DNA of 64,000 nt, taken from Diplonema japonicum. Its lineage: Eukaryota > Protista > Euglenozoa: Diplonemea. Where the stretch lies: NCBI GenBank assembly GCA_964019335.1, contig OZ025655.1, positions 186,001 to 250,000 on the forward strand. The letters are read 5' to 3'. Below, piece by piece: positions 1-11,100 of this stretch. A program made the translations under genes and the position numbers. Position 1 is the first letter of the stretch. Every line of letters begins with the position of its first letter. Below the pieces are notes generated by a model that did no database searches, was not told where the DNA came from, and saw only the letters and a list, made by a program, of their open reading frames with translations.

Positions 1-828
1 GCTCTTTTCTTTTCTTTTTCTTTTTTAAATATTTCTTGCAAATATAACACATAAGAATCTCAAGAACCTTTGTGAGATATGAAACATTGATGACTCTGCC
101 TCTTTCCCCCCCCCTTTTTTTTTAAAAAAATGTTTTGCTCGAATAACAAGAAGAGGAGGGGAAAATCTTTCTTTTTCCCTTTTTTTTCTTTTTTTTTTTA
201 ATTCTCCTTTTCTTTCTTTTTTTTTAAATCCCGAGCGAACAAAGAAACAAACAAAAAGCGCATTATTTGCTTAATTATTTACTTGCTTTAGGCTATGCAT
301 GGAGAAGGGGGAAAAAAAGGGAGGGGGGGAGGGCCGACGAAACTTTTAAATCTTCTGCTCCATTATCTTTGGTCTTAGCCCGATGTCGGGTGTGGAAGGA
401 ACAAAAAAAAAAAAAAAAAAAAAAAACCCTCAGAGAAAAAAAAAAAAAAATCTCCTGAGAAAAAATTGCGCTCACCTATCTGGAATAAAAAAAAAAAAAA
501 GAAAAAAAAAAGAAATTCTTTGATGTTTTCTTTTATTTTTTTTTTTTTCCCCTTCGCTTTTCTTTGTTGTATCATAGTATCCAGGGCTAACCGGTCACCA
601 GTGGGTTTTAAAAAAAGGTTTTTCGGTCAAAGTCCGAAATTTGTAATTACAAAGCACGTTGATGACCCATAGATACCTATGTGTATGCAATAAGAAATCC
701 AACGCATCGACCCTTTTAACTATAAAAAGAATCTTTCAAAAAAGTGCGCGTTCGTCCACGCCTAACCAAGGTGAGATAGCCAATCGCTACGAACGGCCTC
801 TTGGGTGGAGGGTTTTCTTTTCTTTTGT

Positions 829-872
<44 letters not shown>

Positions 873-1884
873 CCTCCGTTCTCAAAAAATTCAATTTTTT
901 TTTTTTAAGAGAGGAAAAACCCTTTCTTTTTTCTAAAAGTTGATTGATTTTTTTTCTTTTTTTTCTTTTTGTGTGCACAGCCGGGGTTAACCTGTATAAG
1001 GATAAGCCCAACAATGCTACCACTACTTTTTTTCTCTTTTTTTTTGCTTTCCCCTTTTTTTTTTGAAAACTTAAAAAAAAAAAAATGAAAGGTAACTATA
1101 GATAGATGGCGTCTTGTTTGTGTGCAAAAGTCGGGATCTTGCCAAAGTACCACAATTTTTGCCTCGCAAAATATCAAATGATTGGTTCCCTTTTTTCAAA
1201 AAAAAAAGGGAAAAGAAGGAAGCCATGTGTTAATCTTGTCTATTGTTGCAAAATTCTTTTTCTTCCCCCCTTCTTTTCAATAGATCTAAACATTAATTAA
1301 AGTAGTTATTAGGTATAAGGCCGAACGATTATTACTGAGAGAAGTTTTAAAAAAAAAAATATATCCTTAGAAAACATTTCACCTGATGCTTTCTGCCACC
1401 TCATAATTCAACAACTCCCACACCCACCTTTCCTTTTTTTCTTTTTCTAAAAAATAAAAAAAATGACAGAAGATAAATATAAAAAAAAAAAAGATTTCAA
1501 TTAAGTCACAAAGGTAAAACTCACCGGGAGGCTGCCTCTTCCCCCCACAAAAGGGGGCGAGAGAGAAGAAAGAGAAAAAGAAAGAAGGAAAAAAATATAT
1601 ATATATATATGTTAAAAAAAAAAAGGTTAGAATAAATGGAGTTTGTTCTATTTTCTTTTTTCTTTTTTTTTTCTCTCTCTTTTTTTTCTTCTTTTTTTCT
1701 TTCTGCCCACTCCCATGTGAATAAAAAAAAAATCCTTTGTTTCTTTTTTTTTTTCTTTTTTTTTTTTTTTTTCAAAATTGGTGAGTTGAAAGGGGGGAGA
1801 GAAGGGAGGGAGAGGAGGGAAAAACAAAAATCTTTCTCTCTTTTTTTGTCTCAATCTCTTTTTTTTTTTTTTTTTTTCTTTTTT

Positions 1885-3048
1885 TTAACGCAAGACAGCG
1901 ATCCCTCTCGCGGTCCCTGCACGAAACTGAGGTGCTTTCGGCCGGGACATAAAACTGCTGCTACACGATATCTTCTCAACCTTCTCCAGTTTTTCAACAG
2001 CAGCTGCCACACTATTACTCTTATTAACACCATCCTGCGGGCGCGCCCCCATCACAAACTTGCACGATTCAAGCATCTCAGCAGTCGGCCGCCGCCCCGC
2101 ATCACGGGTAAAACACATACGAACAAATGAGACAGCATCCTTCTCCACAAGGGCAGGCGGTATGGTGGGCCCGAACTCCGAATTTTTCGCAAGCTTAAAC
2201 ATGAATCTGTGAGCCACGTAAGGTTCAGTGGCAAAAGAGTAAGGCAGCGCATCAGTAAACAACTGACACACTATAACACCCAACGACCAGATATCAGACG
2301 CACAACATGCAGCACCATTACAAGCCTCAGGCGACATGTACACAGGAGTGCCCACACTGTCGTCAAGATCTAGAAGTGTTTTTGCAGCTCCGAAATCTGC
2401 AAGTTTACACCTCCCTGTGGGGCTCATAAGAAGATTATCTGGCTTCAAATCACGATGCACAATCCCCCTGCTGTGCAGACACGCCAGACCGGACAGGATG
2501 TCCCTCGTGTACCTACGGATGGCCTCGATGGGAAGCGCACCAAAGTCAGATAAAACACGTTCCAGCGTACCGCCCGCCACGTACTCCATGCAGACTACCG
2601 CGTAACTACTGGTTACAATGCACGCTAGGTAGTTGACGATGCACTCATGATGGGTGTTGCGCAGGATGTTGACTTCGTTGACTAAATTGTCGATCTTGCT
2701 TGGCGTCTCGTCTATGGACACACGGCTTCTAGATCCGCATCTTCTTGGTACGCCAGGGCGGGGTGAGCCGGGGGGTGATGAAGAGTCTTGGTCGTCCAAG
2801 CAGAGCGTTTCTGGGAGTCTGATGGTTTTGATGGCAACAAGCATGCCTTCCCCGCTCATCCCGAGCCACACCTCGCCGAATGCGCCTTTTCCCAAAGGGC
2901 GGTCGCTGCGGTGCCATACGCGGCCATGCCTGTCCCATAGCTCCTTCGGGACGTCGATGTCGGTGGAACAGTCACCCAGTGACGCAGACCGCATGCACTC
3001 CCCTATTTGCATTTTGAAGTCTTTCGTCGAGTCATCTGCGAGCTCCAT
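1885..3048 (-). CDS. STE11/MAPKKK-like Ser/Thr protein kinase (387 aa)
   Basis: GKGAFGEV Gly-loop, VAIK, HRDLKPDN, DFG, GTPVYMSPE, DIWSLG, RRPTA; MEYVAGG hinge typical of the STE11/NPK1 group. Confidence 0.9.
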   Translation of the reverse strand: MELADDSTKDFKMQIGECMRSASLGDCSTDIDVPKELWDRHGRVWHRSDRPLGKGAFGEVWLGMSGEGMLVAIKTIRLPETLCLDDQDSSSPPGSPRPGVPRRCGSRSRVSIDETPSKIDNLVNEVNILRNTHHECIVNYLACIVTSSYAVVCMEYVAGGTLERVLSDFGALPIEAIRRYTRDILSGLACLHSRGIVHRDLKPDNLLMSPTGRCKLADFGAAKTLLDLDDSVGTPVYMSPEACNGAACCASDIWSLGVIVCQLFTDALPYSFATEPYVAHRFMFKLAKNSEFGPTIPPALVEKDAVSFVRMCFTRDAGRRPTAEMLESCKFVMGARPQDGVNKSNSVAAAVEKLEKVEKISCSSSFMSRPKAPQFRAGTARGIAVLR

Positions 3049-3450
3049 GTGTAGACCTGGACTATGAGGTTTGTATTATTATTCTTTTTTTTTTTTTTGT
3101 TGAATTGAAAAATTAAAAAAAAAAAAATGGGGGTAATATATATATGCAGGGGGGAAGAGGGTGAGAAAAGAAGAAGAAAAAGGGAGAAAGAAAAAAAAGA
3201 AGAGGAAAAAAAAAAAAGCAAAAGAGAGAAAAAAAAAAAAGCGGAGACGCATGACAATTCACCATCCCCTCCCCCCCCCCCCCCCCACCCTAGTCAGAAG
3301 AAAGGATGAAAAGGGGGGGGGGAGAGAAGGGGCGCGAAAATGAAAAGAAAAAAAAAGGAGATGAGAAAAAGGAAGTTACTGCTTTTCAGAACGCCCCCCC
3401 TTATCACCCCTTTCCCTCCTTCTGGGGTTTTAATCTTTTTTTCTTTTCCG

Positions 3451-3485
<35 letters not shown>

Positions 3486-4512
3486 ATGAAACAAATTAAT
3501 ACATAACACAATCACCTTTCGGGAACGGGGAGTGGGGGTTGAGAATAGAAACTGTAAAGTTTCACCTTTTTTTTTGGCTACAATATATTGTGGCGTTCAC
3601 ACCTTCTCTTCTTTCTTTTCTTCTTTATTTTCCCACTTTTCATTTCTGGGGCTTGAGGAACAGAGTGGAGAAGCAGGGTATGGGCCTGAACTTAACCTGT
3701 GACTGCAACCAATGTGCTGGCCATCGGCTCAAAGGAATGAAAGACAACCTATCGGACTAAGCTGCAACTTGGCATAGGAGCTAGCATCCGTTGATAATGA
3801 AGCAGCACGGGGGAGGGGGGGGGGGGGGGGGGGCTAAACATTTCTTTCATTAGCAAAAAAAAAAAAGAAGGCAGCAAATCTGTGAAGCATGTAGAAACAC
3901 TTCCCCCCTTTTTTCGCGTTAAAAAAAAAAGGAAGACGTTGAAGAAAAAGAGCGAAAATAAAATTAAAAAAAAAAAACTATTCTTAAGGTATGCGTTTTT
4001 TGCGCTCACCGGCCGAGCAGAACTTAGTCCCAGCATTGCTTTCATCCCGATGCGGTCCCGCTTGTAGGCGGCTTTCAATTCCATCAGCTTGTCATGGGGT
4101 GGCAAAATGGGCTTCCTGGAGAAGCCAATAGCTGCCTTACCTCCTATGGCGATTGAGGGACTTCACTCTTTTCTGCTCGTTCGCTGGGAAGGGTCGCTTC
4201 TTGCCCTGCATGCTGTGTTTATCTTTATTCGTCCATTCGAAAAAAAAAAAAAGAAAAAAAATAGCTATTTTTTATTCACAACGAATAAATGAATTTTCAA
4301 TGTTACTCGAGAAAAAATTAAAAAAAAAAAAACAAATCACAAGGGCGAAGCCCTCGAAGTTTTCTTTTTTCTTTTTTTTTTTTTTTTTTTTCCTTCTTCT
4401 TCCAAGAGTGACAGAATGATCTCATTGAGCGTGAATAAGGTGGTTTTATTTTATACTCCCAATTTCTGCTCCGAAAGAAGGCACCTTGGCACAATATTGC
4501 CACCCCAACTTT

Positions 4513-4660
4513 TACAGAACTGGAAATCCAAAAAAGCCTTCTGTTGCTTTTGTTGAGGATGTAGGGAGGCCTCCTGCAGTACTGTGCCAGCGCAGCCCGC
4601 TACTAAGGTTGGCGCAAGGTATTGGGAACTTCTGTTCTGGAGTGATGAAATAAAACTGGT
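4513..4660 (+). mobile_element. Possible Tc1/IS630-type transposase remnant
   Basis: Plus strand reads YRTGNPKKPS (from 4513) and, after frameshifts, KVGARYWELLFWSDEIKL (4605-4658), resembling the Tc1 'KKP...W..V.WSDE.K' signature. No TIRs found. Confidence 0.3.
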
Positions 4661-4889
4661 AAGTAAAACTGAGAGGAGTAGATAAAAAAAAAAAATAGTT
4701 TTCTTTTTTTTTTTTTTTTTTTGAACTTTTAATAGTCTTGGTTTTCTTTTCCTTTTCCTTTCTTTTAGTTTTCTTCGGCAGAATCTTCTTTGCCCGGCAT
4801 AGGGATGACAAGTTCTACCTATCACCTTTGCTCAAATCGCACTTAAATAATAGGAAAAAAGAAGGGGGGGGAGAAACATTTACATCAAC

Positions 4890-7800
4890 TCATGCTACTA
4901 AATATGCCTTTCCTGCGCTCTCCACAGTGCCGGGGAGGGTACTGCGCTCTATGTTTGGGACTGTTATTTGTTCGAAATTGATGTCGTTCTTTTTGAGTGT
5001 TTTGGAAGACGGGAAGGCACTATTCGAGGACAGCATCTTCTTGGTGCTTGTCCCCACCGAGTTCAGTTCGGGGCTGTGATTCATCTCCGAGAGCGCAGCA
5101 GCCACGATCAGCAGGGAAGGGTCGCTGCACAACGACCTAATTAAGTCCACGTCCTTCTTATTGAAGGCCTCTACATACTCCTGCCCCCAGTCCCACGAGG
5201 TCAGCTCGTTGCTGCCTAGGTGCATCAGTCCCTTGGCCAGCATACTGGCACGCACCTCGCATATCAGAATGCTCTTCTCTTCTATGTCCCAGGATGCCAT
5301 GGGCCGTATGACACCTTTTAGCGACGGGTCCCCTGATGCGCTCCCAGAGGCAGGCATCGAGCCTATCAGGTTGAAGCACTTGTACGATTTGCACGCGGTT
5401 GCCAGCTCCTCGCAGAGCGCCACTGATTGCCCGATTACTATGACGTATTTCTGTCCCTTGTTCCCCACCGAACCATAGAAAACTGGGCCTGTTGCCAGTC
5501 CGATCGTGCAGCCTTCAATCGTTCTGCCGCCCCTCGTCAATTGCGAGTAAAACAGCCCGATGCACCTGATTCCGTTTTGCATGTGCCCTACGCACCTCAG
5601 CGGTGCGCCCCACGACATTGAGATGTGCGAGTTTGCTACCGACACGATGCTGCCGTTGGTCCTCTCCACCACGATCAGCAGATGCGAGAGCACCACGTTG
5701 ATGGCGTCCAAGGGGTCCGTCGTCAGCGAGGACACGAGGGAGCTATAGTCGATGTTCACGCAGCCTATCGTTGCTGTCTTCGAGGTGAAGGCTACGTTGG
5801 ACGATGTCGTTGCTGCCATCGCCGTCACAGTCGAGTGCACAGTTGACACGGTGCTTGCCGATGCAGAGTGCTGACGCTCCTTCATGCTCCGCGGGCTGAT
5901 TGGGGCCTTTTCCCTGTCTCGCAGTAGTTCATTCACAGCACCCTGTCTCCTCTCAGGAACGAGTAAGTAAAGCCTCGTCAACCCTGTGGTGCCCCTCAGT
6001 TGCTGCTGCCCAATGTCTATCACAGCTACCTGTTCTAATGTAGACGGCAGATTTTCAACCACTTCTGATGTCACGGCTACAGCGCCTCCTACTGAGGCTG
6101 CCTCGACACGAGCCGCTTTGTTTACTGTTGGCCCTAAATAATCCGTTCTGCCTGTCAAAGGGTTCTGCTCCAGCTCCACTTCACCAAAGTGGATACCAAT
6201 TCTGATGCGCAGCCCCTTCCACACACCGGCGACATCTTGGCAAAGCGGAAGCTCCAGCAAATCGGCAGGCCATTCAGCTGTGAGAAGTGCAACCTGCACG
6301 TCTGTAGCGAAGACGATAGCGTCCTCAGGTGAGTCGAAAGCCACCATAAAAGCATCGCCAATAGTTTTCACCTCGTACCCGTTGCTCTCCCTTATGCATT
6401 CCCGAATAATAAGGTTGTGTATCTTGAGTCCTTTCTTCATCCCACTGGGACACTCCTCCCATGTTGCTGTCGACGATTGGATGTCGGTGAAGGTGACAGC
6501 TGCGTTCCCGTTGACACACGGCGGCGACCTGTCGGCGTCGTTCGCCAATTGGAAGCTGCTCTCGTCGAATAGAGAATCCGGGATGTAGGCTTTGTACTCG
6601 CTGAGGTTGCGGATGGCAACCAGCATCCCGTCCTGCAGAAGACCAACCTCCTTAACGGAGTAGGGCGTTTGCTTTACAAGGGTCTCCGCCTCGTCAAGAT
6701 CCATCTTGTTGAGGGGAACCATTGCGGTAGCTAGCAGTGCAAGGGGGCGCGAAATGAGAAGCACCTCTGAGAAGCCGATGATGACGTCGAAGGCAAACAC
6801 AATGACAACAAATCCGATGAACAGGCGGAAGGCGCTCTCCATCTCACGCTCGACACTGGACACGGAACGGAACCAAAAGAGATGCACAGGCTTTAATGTG
6901 TCCGCACCTGTCGGTGTGTGTATGTTCACGTACCGCATCCAATACTCCCCGCCACGTGTGTTGCCTCGCACGAACTCGTTCGGGTTCGACTCGTTCAGTC
7001 TCACAACAACGTCCTGCACAGAGTGAGGGAGCTGCCTAAGAAGCTTGAGGCACGGGTTGTCCTTTTTCTCCGAATCCTCACGCGGTATAGTGCAGCCTTT
7101 AACGATTTGCGCCTCCGGGAAATTCCCTGCAAAGATGGAGCTGTTCAAACCGTGGTAGACATTGGTGAGGAGCAAATCTGCTTCCGTCACGTAACTGTTC
7201 AGGCTTTCCGCCCACACCGCCGTGAGGAAGTCTGCAATGATCATGATGATGTAATCCTTCAGGAAGGGGTTCTGCTGGAAGCCCCGCACGATGTAGTTGT
7301 ACGAGATATACACGAAAGTGTTCCCATCACTGCTCTCCCATTGTGCAGGGCCGCCCCAGTACGACACGTTGTTCACACCGGGGCCTCTCTTTGCCATGAG
7401 GTCCTCGCCCGCTAAGATCTCTTCGAACTCAGCGTTGGTGTAGTTATAAACTGGCTTGATGGGCACAACCAATGTGGCGTCAATGGCGCGGCACAGCACG
7501 CACGGCTCTCCGCACTTGCTCGTGTTTACAAAAGGATCGTAATGACAATTCACGTACTGGCGGCTCCCGTCCTTGAGGGGGTCGTACCACGTGAGCTCTT
7601 GGAACTTGTTTGAGTGGTTCGTCTTTTGAATTCCTAGGATCTGCGCAGACTCTTGCAGCTCGCTGAACCTCATGTCACTAAAAGCCCTGACACGTAGCCA
7701 TCTTCCGATCTCCTCCTGAGACGACAGGGAGGTAAAGGTGTCCAACACGGCAGCGTACTTTCTCGTCTGAAACTCCAGCTCCTGGAAACTCATCTTTGAG

Positions 7801-7973
7801 CTCACCTGCAGCGCCATTACGTCAGTGCTGCTGCTCTGATCCACTGTGATCTCTAAAATCCTCAGCCCCTCCGTCCACATGAGGTACCCTCCCAACAAAG
7901 AAGCTGTCGTCGATACTATTCCCGTCCATAGAATGAACCATTTCGTAGAGAACCTCATCCCCCCTGTCGACAT
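4890..7973 (-). CDS. Receptor-type adenylate cyclase: 2 TM, extracellular sensor, intact class III cyclase plus degenerate second cyclase domain (~1027 aa)
   Basis: TMs WFILWTGIVSTTASLLGGYLMW and LFIGFVVIVFAFDVIIGF; catalytic motifs FTDIQSST, YEVKTIGDAFM, RIGIHFG, DYLGPTVNKAARVE; later IGLATGPVFYGSVG repeat lacks the catalytic Asp residues. Start placed at ATG 7973; upstream ORF part is pyrimidine tract. Confidence 0.9.
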   Translation of the reverse strand: MSTGGMRFSTKWFILWTGIVSTTASLLGGYLMWTEGLRILEITVDQSSSTDVMALQVSSKMSFQELEFQTRKYAAVLDTFTSLSSQEEIGRWLRVRAFSDMRFSELQESAQILGIQKTNHSNKFQELTWYDPLKDGSRQYVNCHYDPFVNTSKCGEPCVLCRAIDATLVVPIKPVYNYTNAEFEEILAGEDLMAKRGPGVNNVSYWGGPAQWESSDGNTFVYISYNYIVRGFQQNPFLKDYIIMIIADFLTAVWAESLNSYVTEADLLLTNVYHGLNSSIFAGNFPEAQIVKGCTIPREDSEKKDNPCLKLLRQLPHSVQDVVVRLNESNPNEFVRGNTRGGEYWMRYVNIHTPTGADTLKPVHLFWFRSVSSVEREMESAFRLFIGFVVIVFAFDVIIGFSEVLLISRPLALLATAMVPLNKMDLDEAETLVKQTPYSVKEVGLLQDGMLVAIRNLSEYKAYIPDSLFDESSFQLANDADRSPPCVNGNAAVTFTDIQSSTATWEECPSGMKKGLKIHNLIIRECIRESNGYEVKTIGDAFMVAFDSPEDAIVFATDVQVALLTAEWPADLLELPLCQDVAGVWKGLRIRIGIHFGEVELEQNPLTGRTDYLGPTVNKAARVEAASVGGAVAVTSEVVENLPSTLEQVAVIDIGQQQLRGTTGLTRLYLLVPERRQGAVNELLRDREKAPISPRSMKERQHSASASTVSTVHSTVTAMAATTSSNVAFTSKTATIGCVNIDYSSLVSSLTTDPLDAINVVLSHLLIVVERTNGSIVSVANSHISMSWGAPLRCVGHMQNGIRCIGLFYSQLTRGGRTIEGCTIGLATGPVFYGSVGNKGQKYVIVIGQSVALCEELATACKSYKCFNLIGSMPASGSASGDPSLKGVIRPMASWDIEEKSILICEVRASMLAKGLMHLGSNELTSWDWGQEYVEAFNKKDVDLIRSLCSDPSLLIVAAALSEMNHSPELNSVGTSTKKMLSSNSAFPSSKTLKKNDINFEQITVPNIERSTLPGTVESAGKAYLVA

Positions 7974-8156
7974 GAGTGACGGAGAAGGAATGAAACGAAA
8001 AAATAATTGCAACGAAAGATATAAGAAATAAAAGGAGGCCAGTCTTGGTTGGCTCCCTGCTTGACTTAACAATTGCAAGTAACCGTGCCAATAATATGAA
8101 AAAAGAAAAGCAAAAAGAAAAAACCTTTAAAAAAAACATGCTCGTAAGAGGCACTT

Positions 8157-11100
8157 TCAGAGCCGCAGTTCAGGTGCGTGTTGCACATAAGCAGTTTCAG
8201 AGACAGGCTGCATGTCATGAACAGGTGGCGTTATCTGGCTGAAAGATGTGTGGGATCTACCCTTGTACGTGGAGAAGAGATAGACTGCAAGTCCAGCGCA
8301 GATAATAAGGCTACCAGCGAGGAGTGGCGCCCAGATGAGGACACCATTATTGTCGTCATCACTAGTGCCTGTGTTGTCCTGTGGGGTAATGGCAGGCTGG
8401 GTTACTTGGGTGAGTGACATCCCGTCGCCCACGCTTGTGAGGGATACGGTTGTCCCTTCGTCGTTTCCTTGAATGCCTGCTTCAAAGACTGTCTTCAGAT
8501 TGTCATATGTAGAGGAGTCGCCCGCCTCTGAAGTGATGTCCAGCTCCGCAAAAGTCCCCTCCCCAACAGTCTCCTGCAAAATACTTCCTGACCTCCCCAC
8601 AGGGACTGCATCATCCCGATTCACCGACAGATCTCCTAAGTACTCTCCAGTTCTGGCGTCATTCCCCCAGCTCCTGGGAGCTGCCATCTTCTGTGCCCAT
8701 CTCCCCGACCCCTCAGGAGGCATGCTGTAGTCATCCGACAGCGGTCCGAACCCCTAGTTGTGCAAATTATTAAAGTGTTTAAACTAATACCGCGATCGAC
8801 ATGTTTGCCATGCGTGTGGACTGCCGCACCAAGGCACCCACCAACGTCCGGAGTAGCTTTGGAGAGTATAAAGGTGTGTTCTGTGCATACCTTTCTGGTG
8901 AAGTCCTTTGGGTTCTCCATGATCCTCTGCCACTTAAAGGCAAATTTTACCAGAACCTTGTAAACTGTCATGTTCCGCTGCTGCAAGGCGTCCTCTTGCG
9001 TCTCTGTTGTGATTTCGTCCTCATTGCAAGCGAGGCCCAGCTCGCTGCAGCAATACTGCGATTGCTTTGACGACATTTTAGCGATTCTCATGGGCTCGGC
9101 AGAACATTTGTAATCACACCCCATACGGGTTGTGGTGCAGCAAGTGCCAGCGACCGGTTTCTGCACGCCGTTGGTGATCCTTCCTCTGCACTGGTCGTAG
9201 CCCTTGCACCCGATTCGTCTGTTGAGGCAGCACCATGTCCTGCGTACTTTTGTGGCTTGGTGCAACCCATCGCAAGAGAAGGGGCCCACAGAGCTGCTAT
9301 CAGGGGCACAGCCTTTGTTTAGAATGCAGCAGGCCTCTTTCTGAGCAGGTGACCAGGCAGCTTGTTCCGCTACGTCTTCACTATCACAGTTGTACAATGG
9401 CTTGTTCGGTGCATTGCAGTCGCCGTGTTCAACACAACAGTACTCTTCCTTCTCGACGGACCACCTCTCTTCTGAGGTGCAGTTATAAATAGGCTCAGGG
9501 CAACCAATCTGCTCATACTCACAGCACCACTTCGACTTCGCATCGCTCCATGTGCCGATCTTCCAGTCCCCACAGTCGTGCTCTGGTGCGGGGCATCCCA
9601 CTCCCTGCTTGCAGCACTGCTTCCTCTTCGCAACGCTCCACACCTCTTCAGTGTAACAATTGTACTCGCTGCTACGACAGCCGTACACCCCTTTCGTCTT
9701 TTCGCAGCAAAATGCTTTTTTCTGTGGGGACCACGTCTCCGGACCATCCGAGCCTGCTGGGGTGCAAGAATAAACATTGCACCCAATATGTTTTACAGCA
9801 CAACACCACATCTTCTCATCCTTACTCCACCTGTCGATCCTTTTAATATCGCAGCCCCATTTATTTGGAAGGCATCTTCGCAGTTCGGGGTGGCAGCTTG
9901 AAGAGCAGCTGCCCGGTCTTCCGGTGAGCGGATTGCACTTGCAGTGCCTTGAAACGCAGGCCTCCAGAAGGGTAGTGGGTGCCGCAGGGCAATAGGTGCC
10001 ATCGTTGCAATCGCTCTGCATCCGGCACGTGTTGTTGAACCAGTTCCACGTGCTGCTGCAAACTGTATTCTCCACACACGTCGTCACGCCTTCGTAGTGC
10101 ACACATTTAGAGCCAACAGGACATGTGCACGGGGGGTCCACGCACTCTCCCGTAACCTCATCGCAGTATTGATCCTTGCGACAGTGGGTGTTCTTGCAAA
10201 CTGATGTCACCCTCGCCCTGCACGAGGCCATCTCATTCTGCACCACGCAGTGGAAGTCCGCAGGGCACAGGATCTCCCCGCACGGGTCCTCTGCGTATTT
10301 CTCAAACGCGTCTTCTGGCATGCATTCAGGTGTGCCATCGATGCGTACTTGGCAGAGTTCTTCTGCCTCGCATGGGGTCCCTTCGCATGAACAGCTGTCG
10401 AGCTCGCACATCGCCTTCAGCTTCATCTGCTTACAGACCCATTCTGTCAATACAGAGCCCTGTTCTTGGTTCCATTTCCGTTGCGAGATGCACTTCTCTC
10501 CTTCATCACACCCACCACACGCGGCAGTGTTCTTTGGGAGGCACTTCACTTCCCCACCAACAACAGCACACAGCGTGGAGGCAGGGCACATCTTGTTGCT
10601 GCAAACATCTTCGGGAATGCACTGCCCAGCGATGCATCTCTTCGACTGGCACATACCACACGATGTGTGCTCTGCGACGCAGATAGCTGTGTTCCCAACA
10701 ACTTGGCATATCTCAATTGTGTTGCATTGCAGGTCGCTGCATGGATCATAGGCCTCGCACACCTCCTCACCACATGGCCTGTCGCAGTCCTTGCTGTTCT
10801 CCTTAATTTCACAGCCTGGCGTTGTCTGGCATGCTTTCAGAATCTGCTTGCAGCTCGGTGCAATACACTCCACCATTCCTTTGTTCTTCACGCACTCCCG
10901 GCATGAAGACGCAGGTTGTGAACGGTCACAGCAGGACTTCTTCTCTTCTTCAGTGCAGCCCGAGTTGCATTTCAGCTCCCCGCATGCGTGAATGGCACAG
11001 CCAGATGCATCTTTCTTTGCCTGCAGCACAGCGTCTGGTGCGAAGGAGCAGCCGGGTGGAGGCGTGCAATCTATGTCAGGGCAGTATACAGGAACGCATT

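Noticed and set aside
267-1880. Many K/F/G/P-rich ORFs here and at 39500-42200, 49100-55100, 56400-57340 and 60280-61070
   Set aside because: They are translations of homopolymer runs with no coding signal
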